The position numbers and the translations under genes were made by a program. A DNA stretch of 64,000 nucleotides, taken from Lama guanicoe (Eukaryota). The notes below the pieces were generated by a model that ran no database searches, was not told where the DNA came from, and saw nothing but the letters and a program-made list of their open reading frames with translations. Shown piece by piece: positions 1 to 13,415 of the stretch. The DNA is taken from the NCBI GenBank assembly GCA_013239625.1, contig MU054220.1:4341374-4405373 (forward strand), read 5' to 3'. Position 1 is the stretch's first letter, and each line of letters begins with the position of its first letter.

Positions 1-2060
1 AACCAGAGCCCAAAGAGGAAACTGACCATTCCACGTACCCACACCCCTTGAAAGGCTGTATAATGGAGGCTGTTCATAATCGTATATTTACAGAGAACTT
101 CCAACATACTTAATACAACATACTTAACTTCCAATATATTATTATTTGTTAAATATTTTAATAAGTTTATTAAAACTGTACCATAAGCAATAACATGCAG
201 TTCAGTAAACTTCTTAGCTAATTACAGGATATCAATTTATCAGAAATGTATAAAGAAGCAGTTCTGTTGCTTTGGAGTTTGGAGCATTTTATTTTGCTTT
301 ATTGCTCATTTGGTTTTTATATCTAATTACTCTCCCCACAGAAGCTACATGAATAATAGAAGAAACCAGTATTTTTTTTGTTTGCTCAATGAAAATCATC
401 TAGATTAACAGCTATATAATTTGAGTAACTTACTACAAAAATTCCTTGCTTTTGCATCAACCTCAAGTCAAATGGCTATTTTAAATTAAACACACTTGCA
501 AAAGTGCTCATGTCCAAAACTATTTGAAAAAGGAAAAATAATGCACTTGTGCCAAAAAGGTGCCAAGCAGTTAAAAATGTATGTCTGTTGATTTCGCTTA
601 TCTCTACTACCCTCTTCCTAATAGCTTCAGTTAGGAGAAGAGCAGAGAGAGATGAAGGAGATTCTGAAGGCCTGCTGCACCCAGCCAGCCCCTTGGCAAT
701 CAAGGCTGGAAAGCTAAAAGGAGAAGAGGGTGAGGATGCACTTTCTGAAATGCCTGGAAAAACATTCTGGTCAGGAGATGCCAGAGATTCTGAAGCTCCA
801 TCAAGCCACTGGCCTTGATCCAGGTAATGGTTTTTCCTTCCCCTCAGCTGTCTGCTGCTAGAGAGAAAGGAAAAGTGGTGGAGGAGAGGGAGGAGCAGCT
901 TCCAGTCCACTTCTCTGTAACTAGAGGGTAAAAAGGGCCAAGCTCTGCGGGCTGACATTTATAGAGGGCCTGGCGCTTCCATGAAGCACTCTGGGAGGAT
1001 TACTGGGGGTTAGCAATCTGGTCTAAAAGGGGCAGCGAAGCAGACTGATGAAAGTCCGTCTAAATTTGATAACAGCGATGCTACGGCCGGCGGACAGAGA
1101 GACGGCGAGGAGGGGCTGGCAGAGACGTGCGAGCAGAGGTCTAGCCAGTCAGACGGACTTAAGGGAAAAACAAAAACATTGTAAACCTGGCTCCCCTAGA
1201 ACTTCAGGGCTGCCCAACTCGCTTGCTGGAGCCTGAAAGCCTAAAAGCACAAAGTGCCAACGGAACGGCCTTTCTAACCAGGACACAAAAATAAAAGCCC
1301 CGGCCTAACCCCTTCTGCCCTGCCCCCACCGGCCAGGAGAAATGGCTCCACAGCGGTGCGGTTCCGGACCTGCAAAGGTTAATTATCTCGCTAGTCCTTT
1401 CCCTGCAGATCGCCGCCGCGCCACGCAATCCCTTCTGCCTGGCATTTTTCTTCAATTTTAATATCAGAAGTTTCACACGCCTGCCTGAGCTCCTGGACTC
1501 GGCAGAAAGGCCCATATAGCTGTCAGCAAACTGATAAGAACTTTAAAATGACTCCGCGGGGCCTCTTTATAAAGAAGAGCCAAAGGAGCCCATAAAGAAA
1601 GAGGGCAGGGGCCACGGAAACCAGCCGCTCACACTGTTTTAACGTGGCATTAAAATGAGCTGCAGATTTATGGCAGTGTTTTAGCCCCTGGCCCAAATGA
1701 TCTGGGGATGAAGCTCTCGTCCCGGCTCTGCAGGGGGATTTCAAACACGGGATGGAGCTGGCTAGGAAGGAACGGGGGAAGGGCGGCAGAGGCAGCGGGA
1801 GGAGCGAGGAAGAGGCTAGCAGCAGAGCAGCGGGAAAAGCCTGGGATAGAACTCGTCTCCTTTCGGTGGGCGCTGAACGACAGCTATTTCTAAAAGAGAT
1901 CTGGCCGGGCCTCTTGGAGTCATAAAAATTTCCTTTTAGTTCATACCCGGTAAAACTCCAGTTCTTCAACTCTTCACCACCCAAATGTCAATTCTGATTT
2001 TGACTTTTCTCTTTAAGTTTATTTTTAAAATTTAAATATATATATATAATATATAAAACT

Positions 2061-2180
2061 GGGGTGGGGGGAGTTGGGAGGGTAATTAGGTTTGCTTATT
2101 TTAACGGAAGTACTGAGGATTGAACCCAGGACCTCCTGTATGCTAAGCGCACAGTCTACCACTCAGCTATAGCCTCCCCC
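2061..2180 (-). mobile_element. tRNA-derived SINE (camelid Vic-1-like)
   Basis: Minus strand has A box TAGCTGAGTGG and B box GGGTTCAATCC, then AAACCTAATTACCCTCCC; imperfect TSD ttaagt(t/a)tattttt at 2013-2026 and 2182-2195; same family as 24166-24303. Confidence 0.85.
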
Positions 2181-5100
2181 ATTAAGTATATTTTTTAATC
2201 TTCCAGTTTAAAAAAATGAATAAAATAATGGTTTGGCAGAGAATACATTACAAGGAGGGGGAAGGACTCAATATAAAATTTTTTCTTACTTGGAAAGGGG
2301 AAAAAGTAGTAGCACTTTATCCAAATGTGCCTATGAATTTTTTTTTTAAGGCCAGCTAGAGAACCACCGATTTTAATAAGCCATTCGGATCCTAACAGAA
2401 AAATAGAGAGGTGAACCTCCCTCCATGCCAAGATGTAGAAAGTACACCAGACCCACAGGATTAAGTTCTGTTTCAAGTTTCCAAGCCCAGAAGCAAATGC
2501 ATAATACATCCATGCTGGTAAGTCATTGTGGTTCCTGGAGACCAAGCTCCACACCAGGAGGCTCCTTCCAGTGTCCAAGCACAGACCCGGGTGGAGCGCT
2601 CTCAGAGGGCTGCCGCATGGCGCCAGCAGACCAGATCTAGATGCTTCATGTCATCAACACAACTGCTCTATCGCACAATTATCCCCAGGTCTGAGATAAG
2701 AGAATGTGAAGTTTGGAAAAGTTAGGTAACTTGCCCACACTCACAAAGCTGGTAGAAAGACAACACAGCTTGGGATGTGAATTCAGGTCTCCCCAACTCA
2801 AAAGCCCATATGCTTTCCACTACTAACATATTTCAAACTTTCTGGACTGGGATCCACACTTCACACATACATACATGTTATACTGCAACTCACCACACAT
2901 ACATATATGTAACAGAAACAAAGGTTTCAGGAAATGTTTACCCTTGCTATGTAATATGCTGATATTTCCCTTTCTGCCAGCATTCATTCTTAAAACATAA
3001 AATGCCAGTCAGGACCCACTGAATTGACTTCACGATCTCCTATCATGACCCTTAGTTTGGAAAACATTACAGTATACAGTGCCCCCTTCCCCATTCCAGC
3101 CCCCAAAAAACACCATCAGCTGGAGTCAGGAGAGCTGGGTTCCAAGCAAGCTTAACTCTAGCCCTAACAATTCATTCTCAGGATCACTTGAACTCGAGGG
3201 CTCACATGTCACTTATAAAATATGAGGAAAGGGTTGAATAATTTCTAAGGTCCCTTCTAGCTCTTTGATTTTTTTTCCTTAAATCTCCTTAATTGAGCCT
3301 GCTTTTCCCTTTCATCACACATCTTTTCATTACTCTCCACTTGTCACTGACCTTCTCTTCCTTCCAATTACCTAGTTCTCTGCTGCTAGCACTGCAAGTC
3401 CCACCTCAGGCTGCTCCGTCTTGCCTACCGAGTCTCCCCACAGACGCCGGCCTCTGGGCAGCGGGCAGTGCCTCATGGAGCTTCGGCTCTTCCCTGTTCG
3501 AGGTCAACCAGTCATGATGCCTCCTTTCACCTCCTGAGCCATTCCTAACTCTCCACAGTACAACTGAAAGCGCTTCTGGCCTCTTCATTCACGTATGACT
3601 GAAAGTACTCTCCCCAGCACCCTGAGGGCCTTTCTTATGCACAGGATCTGTGCCCCCTCCCTTTAAAAAAATTTCCCTCAATATGCCTGTACAATTCCAT
3701 GAACAAAGCAGGTACTTAATATATATTTATTTGACTGGTTTGCATTATGAAATCAAGGACTCTAATTCTCCTGGATTTAGAGAATATTTAGGTGGGCTGC
3801 TCTAGGAAAAGTCACTAAACCAATTAAAATGGGCATCACAATACGATCAGTGAGCATTTACAGACAGAGTTCAATCTCCTGCTCATGATGCCTGCCATGG
3901 ACAAGGTATGCCAAGGCTGCCAAGGAAAGCAGCTTTATGGTCTCTCCATCTGGACCGCGAGGATTTAAATCTCAGAAGCTATACAAAATAACTGCAAATC
4001 AGCCCAAACCTTAAAGACAGGGAAATTTATTTACAGGCCCTAGTGCACTATAAATTTGAGACAGTTCTATTAAAATGCTTTTCTTGGCTTCCCATCAGAT
4101 ACTTGGCAAAAGTCTTTTTCCAATAAGGTTCTTAATACTAAAGTTGGGAAAAAAAAGTTGAACACATAAAAATGCTCTTCCTTAAGAGTTCCAATTAAAT
4201 GAGTCCTTATTTTCATCCTGCTTTAAACATACATTGACTGGTCTCCTTCACAATGTGGATTTATACATTCAGGAAAACTCAGAGTATACAGTGCTATTGA
4301 AACAAAATGATGAAATTCAGAATACCCTGTAAAGCGATCAACTCATCCCCGAGGCTCTTGTACTGGCCAAAGGGCCTGGCTTTGTACCAGAACCGTGGCT
4401 GTCTGTTTCACAGGAAGAACTCCAGGGACCAGGTCAGCGTGTTTTGTTGAAGGGTAAGTGATCCGGTAGCTTTTCTTAGGGCAAGTCTGAGAGCAGAGAT
4501 TGGGAAACAGAGCTTGGAGCAGCACGCGGGGACTGGAGAGTCGGAGGCGGAGGGGAGACAGGGAATACCTGGCATTTCTGAAAAGTCCTGAGAGTTCAGT
4601 TTATGTATATTAAAAATGTTTTCACTTTTACAGTGGGGGGGGTGGATAAGGATGACAGGCATTACAATATCGACTCTGGAAATTAGAAGTGAAACTCTTT
4701 CCCACTTCTTCCTAATATATTTCCAGGGATGCATCCAGTCCTAAATGTCTCGAGCAACCACTTCTTGGAGAAGACTATCCAGCAGGCAGTTAGCCTGAAT
4801 TATTGGGAAGCTTATCCTGATTTTCAGCTCAATCCAGGCCACACAGCCCTATGACTTGAATAAAGTTGTGGCCAGCAAAACAGAGTGTGTTCCCTGTCAG
4901 TCCCTTACATATGGTGCAGTCTTGGGAGGATCACCTTACGTCGCTTTTCCTTCATTTCCTCACAGTAAAGAATTGAGATTACTCTTCTGCCTATCTCACT
5001 ACTCTATTTAAAGAGTTTGCTTTGTAAAGTGTGTGTGCTGAGGGTAGAGGAGGGAGGGAGAAACAGACACGGACTGCTATATAACCATCAATGGGCGCAA

Positions 5101-7833
5101 CAGTCAAGCCCCCAGCACAGGGAACCCTCAGAGAACACCTCCATTTGGGCTGCTGATGCTTCTAGACATCTGAGGATTTACACCTTTAAGTGAATCACAA
5201 AACACTTCCAAAAAAACAAAACCAAATATTGTAGACAGAAAATTTTATAAAATATATTACATGAAAGTCAGTATTTAAAAAAATATATATATGCTAAACA
5301 AAATTTAAACCTTCACTTAAGGATTGCAGGGTATCACCAAGAAGAGCCGTTTCTGTATTTCCTCAATTTTAAGATGCCTTATCCATAAGAGCTTCAAGGA
5401 GAAGAAACAGAAACTACATTTCAATGTTCAAAGTGACAGTAAGACTCATTTGGATGCCAGAAATCCAAAATATGAAAAATAAACATGTGCATGCATCTTT
5501 GAACCAAGGAATTCTGCCATCTTACAATGACACACCCAGGATACTGTGAAGCCCGCACAGCTGTCTGCCCTGTATCCAAAGTGCCAGGAGTTCTATTTTT
5601 AAAGTAGCTTTTCCATCTTCTCTGTCCACGCCTGACTGGCAGATGACCCATCTCAGAGACCCTCATTTGGAGTCTTTCTCTCCTTCAAATCTGTGACTTC
5701 TAAACCACTATGGCTATGGAAAGCAGATAACTTGATGTGCTGAAATCCTGTGTAAACAAGGTAAAATAAGAGGCTCCCTGCAGGGGCTCTCATCTGAATA
5801 AAGTACATGAACTTTGGTGGACACGCATACACGTGCTGTTCAGTGGTGTCCTCTGCTCTCTCCTCCATCACAGCTGGGTCTAACTGCAGTCCTGCTAGGT
5901 AAGGGTACCACAGGCCTGGGGTTTTATTTTCTTAAACAGAAGTGTTCTTTCTCCTAATCAGCCCATTGTATGTATCTTCAAGTACTCCTCTGCAGCACAA
6001 ATATTTGGTATGCCTAGTAGGAAAATGTGAAGGCAAATTGAGATGAGTTGGTGTAATACACCAAAAAGAAACTGACATTTTAACTTACTGAAGCGGTAAA
6101 GGAGAGAGAGCAAAGAAGATGCTGAATGTTCCTGCCACCTCAAAGGCTCCTAGTCAATTGAGTACAAAGAAGAGTTCAAAGGCAAGGCAGGCTCCTGACT
6201 TCCACCTCCTAGTGTGGCTGGGGTTAGAGGTCACTGCTGGTGGAGCCACTGACCAATAAAAGAATGTTTGGGAACTCCACTCAGCAGATAAACCGGGGAT
6301 CCATTTACACCTTCCTCCCTGTCCACACAAACATTTCTAACTATACAGTTCAGTGTCTATTCAGCCTTCCGACAGCCCAGATTGCTTTCTTTTTCATTGT
6401 GATTCAAGGGAGACTGGGGATGTGAATGCCCATCTGACTACAGAAAAATATTTGGTCGCATACTTCTTCCTGGTTTCCAGTGTGAGAAAGCTGGTTGACG
6501 GGACTCTCCATCTATAAGGCCTGCGTCAAATGCTACCTCTCCAATAAATCTGTCCCTGACAACTTTAGCCCATTCCTCCTCCCTCCCATTTCAGACCCTT
6601 AGTGTACTTTAGAAAACCTGCACCATCTTGGAAACTTTTTTTGTGTTTGGAGCCACATATTCCCAAGACGACTGTTAGGCCTTTGTGAGTGGGGGTCACA
6701 GATTCCTCGTCTCTCATCACCTCCCCTTAGGGGAAAAAGAAAAACATAATTAGGGCTTTACTAAATTAATTAACTTGTCAATTTAGCTCACAGGACAATA
6801 AAAGGCTGACTGAGAAGTTGACTCTGTACTGCTATAACTATTAACCTTTACTAATTAAAGGGACTGATTTTTAACTTAACCAAAAATCCTATAAGCCACC
6901 CCAGCTCATCCAATGTCACATATGCGGGAACTGCTCGTCGGTGGCCTTCAGGCGTAGAGGACACAGACCCAGATTGTACTTCAAAAATCTTAGCTCTTAC
7001 ATCAGGTTCCAGGCCTGCATTTAACTTTGTGGCTGCTTCACTATCACATCTAAACTAAGGTCAGGTGGAAAACCTAAAGATGTTTCCTTGTCAGGGAGAA
7101 TATCCTTCTCTCTTGGTGCATCCTAACTCCCAAGTCACAACACGGACTTTCACCATGTATTCAGCGATCAGATTACAGCCTTTCTGACCCTGAACTCTAA
7201 GCTACAAAAGGTTACTACAGTGCCTTCAACACCAAGATCCCACCTCGTATCTCTGCGGTCAGTTCAGAAACTTTGGCTCTATTCCATCTGAGGAGAGCAA
7301 AATTCTGTGTTAAGTGCAGGAAAGAGTGGGTCTCTAGAGAGTGGCCCTGAGGACGACGTCAGGGTAGCTTGTGGTACTTAGGATTTCTTGGAAACAGTTA
7401 AACACGCAAAAGGAAAATTAGTCACTTAAAAGTGGATGGAGACCTCTGCTGGCTGCAACTGGCCATGCAGCTCCGTGAGCTGGTTCTGACTTGTTCAGCA
7501 AGAAAACCAGGCCCTCTGTTCCTGGGTCCCAGATCGTCCTCAGTCGCCAGCATATCTTCTGAAGTATCAACTACTGATGAAATAGGTTTCCCCTAAAAGT
7601 TTATGCCTGCCTTACAAAAAGACTCAAATCTGACCTCCCCGAATAGAATTCACTAAGGTGCAAAAACTTTCCAGAGGCGTGTGCTATTTTTTCAGTTACT
7701 CCTGCCAGGGTCAGATTAAATCAGTGGAGCATATACGGAAGGCAAAATGACAAGCATACTCTGGAAAGTGTCCTACAGAGCAAAAGAACTGGCTCTAATC
7801 TTAGAGAGACGAGACATTAATTATCAATAGGAA

Positions 7834-7948
7834 AGCGGTTCTCAATCACAGCAATTTTGCCCCACAGGGGACATCTGGCAATGTTTAGGGATATTTCTGG
7901 TTGTCACAATTTGGGAGACAGGTGTCCTATCAGCATCTGGTGGTTGAA
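7834..7948. mobile_element. MER20 fragment
   Basis: gcggttctcaa...aattttgccccacaggggacatctggcaatgt...ggttgtcacaa. Confidence 0.7.
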
Positions 7949-10386
7949 CTTAGTCATCCTTTGTATCTATCTGGAAATTACTTCAGCCAGATAATCTCAC
8001 CTCTAGTTGAGGTCAGTCCAGTCTAGAAATCTGAGGTTGGGAGAAGAAAAGAGGTCACTTCCGGAACACAGAATATTTGGAGAAAGGGGAGCAGGACAAA
8101 ATGGGGCACAGCAGTGGAGTGCGTTAGAAGGTCTGCAAGTAGCACAGAGAAAAGGGGCATCAGTGAGCAGAAGGGAGACTTAGAAAGGGAGGTAGAAAGT
8201 GCCAAGACCACCTTTCTGTTGCAGGTTGACATGATGTGCGGTGTTCACCACCAACGGAAGAGGTAAACAGCCCTCAAGACTGGAAGTGGTCATGGAAAGC
8301 GGTGACCATTTAATTATTGACATTGTCAAGAACAAGAGTTTCATAGCATTTTTTTAACAGATGAATGGAACAGGAGAGATGGTCAGGCCAACCCCTTGAT
8401 TTCATACATGAGTAAAGGAAAGTCCAAGGACTTTGGTAACTTGTCACGGTCGCACAATTAATAGGGACAGACCCAGGGCTCAAACCCAAGTCTCCTGACT
8501 CCAAGTGTGTCTCTTTGAACCCAAGTAACCTGCAGATACACTGTTTTAAATAACCTTTAGTCAGTCCATCTCAACAGTTCTCTGCTTCTGAGCCTGCCAT
8601 CGAAAAGACCGGCCAAGCCCATCTCAGCCTGTGGTTCCTGAGCCAAGCTCCCAGGGCACGAGGGCATTCTGTGAGCTGGCTGTGGGTGCTCTGCTCCGAA
8701 AACCAAGATTCTCCTTCCAACACGAAGGTGGCAGGGTAGAGAAGGTAACTGGACAGAATTTGCTCATTTTTACCTCCCCAATATTTTCTTAGCTATTTAG
8801 ACTAAATCTAGTAAAAGATAATCGTTGATTTAGCAGATGTTCTCTTTTTAATTACATTAACAAATCAAGACGCCATAAAAAGAAACATGAAGAGCACAAA
8901 CATCAGGGCCCTTAAAGGAGCACCTCCTTCTACACCAGTTATAAGAACCACAGGTTTAGATCAAGAATCTAGAGCGGGCCAGGGGCAGGGCTGATCTGGG
9001 CATCCAACTGCTTCTTCAATACATTTTCAGTCTGTCCTCCTGCTTTGAGCCCCAACTTTACCTCCCCGGGGCAGGGGAGGAAGGGTTTCTCTGGTTTCTC
9101 TCCGCTGGTTTAGGACACGGCTCTCTTGACCGGCAGCGTCAGCAACCATCTCTCCTTCTGCTTTCCTGCTCCCACGTTTGCTGCTGTCATCTCTCCTCTC
9201 ATTCTCTTTATCTTGGAGGGATTACGCCTTAATTTCTAAAAATTTTCCTTAACTGTCATTTTAGGGTTTTAGAAGGGAGTGGAATTTCGTGGATGTGGTC
9301 AGTCCACCTCTTTATTTTGGTACCAAGCCCCTTAAACCAAAGAGATGGCAGGACACGCAATAATCAAGTCTGTAGGTTCTGACCCCTGACTGCCTGTGTC
9401 AAATGCCAGCTTGGTGGGTTACTAACTCTGTACCCTTGGCCATGGAACTGCCTTCTCTGGAGCTCAGTCACCTCATCTGTAAAACATTCTGGTGTTCTGA
9501 TTTTAAAACAAATCCCAGGTTGAGGTTAGCCTCCCCACCGTTTTTTTCACAGCATACGCGTGTTTAAGTTTCGGGTTTCCCCGTTGTCACTTAACTGCTG
9601 ACCTCATCTGAGTTTTAGTGAATTAGAAAATCAGCCTAGAGATTGAGGGGGCCAAATAAGACATGGGGTGCACAGGGCAGCTATGTCCTCAGTGCTGAGA
9701 GCCCTCCAAACCTCCTCTTCTGCTCATTGCCTACATAGACAATTTTGATAAAAATAAAAACTTTTTAAAATCTATTAAAAAAAATAGAAACAACATGCAC
9801 AGGACAGATAATGGGATAGTCTTTTTAAATTTTTTAACTTGTTTCACACTTAAGCCCAACTAAGTTTCTTCCCGGAGAGAGAAAGGGCAGTAGGACCAGA
9901 TGGGACCCCCAGCGGGGGCTTAGACAGTGGAGAGCAGCCCAGGAAAAGGGGAGTCAGAAGGCGGCCCAGAGACCTGGAAAGGGAGGCAGGAGAGCGGTAC
10001 CTGTTCCAGGGAGAGGAGGGCACCACTTAACCACAAGGGCCGCTGAACGGGAACCCAGGCCAGCGCATCCAACGACATTCTCCAGGTCAGAGCTCCTCGG
10101 AAGCATCACCCTGAAACGTCCTGGCTTCCACGGCTGGCTCAGTCACCAGAACCACCACCTTCCAGAGGGGTGCAGCTCTGCATCCTACCACACTGCTACG
10201 GTAGGACCCTAAAATCTCAGCAGGCTTGCCTCAGGAGCGGTTTTAAACCTGATAGTTATTATTCCAAACCTTACCTGATGCGACTCTCTAACTGTTTTCC
10301 TCTTTGAAGTCTGGTTGGTTGATAGACTGGAGGAAATAAATGCCACTCCTGCACTCAGCAGCTGTCGCTCTGTATCCAAGCAGTCA

Positions 10387-10605
<219 letters not shown>

Positions 10606-10679
10606 TTAATTCTCACCAGCAGAAGCAAAGGCACCCCAATCCCCCCCTCAGCCCCACAGTCCCTGAGATAAGTAGTCCC

Positions 10680-11340
10680 TCTTCCCTTCCCCTTTCTCTG
10701 GGCTGACCACCTCAGAGGAGCTCCTACCAGCTCCACCTCTCACTACCCACTTGCCACTCCTTGCATCTTCCATCCTTCGTGCATTCCTCACTGTGCTCCA
10801 GGCACACTGGCACCCTCTCACTGCACACACCACACTCTGCCCGACCACAGGAACTTTGCATGTGCAATTCTGCCTACCTGGTATAGCTATTCTTCACTCT
10901 TCACTGCCTGCTCTGAGTTAGCAATGACTTTTCTCCTTTAGCTGCACTCCCCAGTCCATTCATTTATTCAGCATATATTTATGGAGCCCCTATTACACGC
11001 TAGGTCCTGGTAATACAAGGGTGAGCAAACCAGGCAAGGAAGGCCAGGGGTGAGAGAGCCGTAAGGATACCCGACGGGAGAGCAACAGGGAAGGGAGGGC
11101 CACAGCAGGGCGTCTGGGGCCTCACAGGCCATTGAAGGACTTGGCTTTCACTGAGACAGGAAGTCACAGAAGGTTTTAGGCAAAGCATGGCATGACCTGG
11201 TTATGTTCCAACAGGATCATTCTGCCTAAAGTGTTAGAACAAAGTAAGAAAGCAAGAGTGGGAGCCGGGAGAACAGCTGGAGCCCCTCGCCCAGGCCAGG
11301 CAAGGATGGTAAGAGTTGGGGACAGAGAAAAGAGATGAGG
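10680..11340. mobile_element. L2 fragments (others near 11900-12300, 43950-44300, 53580-53700, 63230-63720)
   Basis: L2 3' hallmarks cattcatttattcagca.atatttatggagc and aggttttaggcaaagcatggcatgacctg. Confidence 0.55.
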
Positions 11341-12628
11341 GGAAGTGATTAGAGACCGGGGATGAGGGAGAGAGGACTCAATGGTGACTCACTCTTCATG
11401 GATTTAGCAGAGTTTGTCATTCTATTTGTACAAGTTAATTTATGAAAACCTGCAACCCCCTCTGCCCACTACCCTAGTCCATTAGGATGGAAACCACACC
11501 TGGTTCCATTCACCAGCAAATCCTGGGCACCAGGCATACTGCCTAGCACACACAGCACTTAACAAATAGTTGTTAAATAAGTAAGTGATCTCTACCATAT
11601 AGGTGGGAAAACTGAGGCTCAAAAAAGATTAAATGATTTGCCAAGATCACAAAGCTAGCCGGTAATAGAGCTGGTTACCTGAACCTCAGCCTTCTGGCTT
11701 CAAATCCAGAGCCCTTCTACCACTCATCCTAATTACAACTACCCAAGCAGGTTTAGATCCTCACAGGAATGAGTATCTTTCCAGACTCAGCTCAGGTCAC
11801 TCCCCAACCCCACAGCCGCGGCCACGGCACGTCTCCTCCTCCCTTCTCCTAGCATCCCAGCCAGCCAGGGCTGCATCTCAGCACTGTATCTGGTCATTGC
11901 CGGCTGACTTGTCTGTCTTCCCCCACCAGACCAAGAGCTTCCTGGAGGCAAGGTCTGACCTTGGTCATCTTTGTAGCCTCATACCCCACACAGTAACTGG
12001 CAAAGAAGAGGCACTCCACACATGTTTCCACCGATAAGTAAGTGACTGGAGGTGGCTCCTCTTTTCTCCAAGACACAGAGAGTCACACACCCGCCTCTTC
12101 CAGGCTGGGTCAGGCTCCTTCCCTGCTCCGGGCTTCCATCGCCTCCCCCTGTGCATCCGTTAGAGCATTCATCACACAGTGCTGTAACTGCTGCTCTGTC
12201 TTCCCCACCGGACGCCAGCCTGCTTAAGAGTAGGGCCTCTGTTACTCACAGCAGGCTTTCCAATAAATGTGAGATGAATGAGTGTCTACATGAATGAATG
12301 CTACTTACATTGTTCAAATATCTGTGGTAAACAGACTTGGACAGAAATATTGGAAAAGGTGGGAGGGGAGAAAGTAATTAAGCATTTGAGGTAAAAACAA
12401 GCCTGAGAGGTACGTACAAAAGGAACTCATTTTCAAAAATCTTTCACCTCCAAGGTCCCAGGGAAATGAAACAACACAAGACTATTCTGTTAAGTACAGC
12501 ACCGAGAGCCACAACCACGCAGAACCTACGTGTGTCTATCCGTAAGCTGGGAGTGTATCCAAGCTTTCACCGTGTGCAGGTCCCCCACCTCCAACTAGTA
12601 TTTTATGCAAATCCAGCAGACTCTATAC

Positions 12629-12756
12629 CAGTGGTTCTCAACTGTGGCTACAAATCAGAATTGCCTGGGGAGCTTTAAAACTCCTGAGGACGAAGCCCAG
12701 GTATGCTTTTCAGTTTTGCAGTGAGTATACTTCACAGTCATAGCTGAGAACCACTG
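12629..12756. mobile_element. MER5-like hAT MITE
   Basis: Perfect TIRs cagtggttctca / tgagaaccactg; 8-bp TSD-like ctctatac / ctctgggc. Confidence 0.75.
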
Positions 12757-12764
12757 CTCTGGGC

Positions 12765-12978
12765 CAAGTAAAGGGCCAGATAGTAACTATTTGGGGTTTT
12801 GTGGACCATGTAATCTCTGTCATACAAACTACATGCTGTCACCATAGCAAAAAAAAAAAAAAAAAAAACCAGTTATAAATAATATGTAAATGAACGGGTT
12901 TGCCGTGTTTCAATAAAACTTTACAAAAACCAGTAGCCTGCCATATTTGGCCCAAAGTCCTCAGTTGGCCAACCTCTG
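12765..12978. mobile_element. MER58-like hAT element with expanded internal poly(A)
   Basis: gtaaagggccagatagtaa...caataaaacttta...gttggccaacctctg. Confidence 0.7.
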
Positions 12979-13073
12979 GTCCGGACCACTGCACTAACTC
13001 TCCTGATGGAAAATGATCTAAAGGAGCAGGTCTCAAATCGAAGAATACATTACAATTGTTTGGGGGACTTTTA

Positions 13074-13415
<342 letters not shown>

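Noticed and set aside
476..958. 160-aa minus-strand ORF as a possible EXT2 exon
   Set aside because: No similarity to the EXT2 sequence expected after QIEEMQRQ; low-complexity Ser-rich content.
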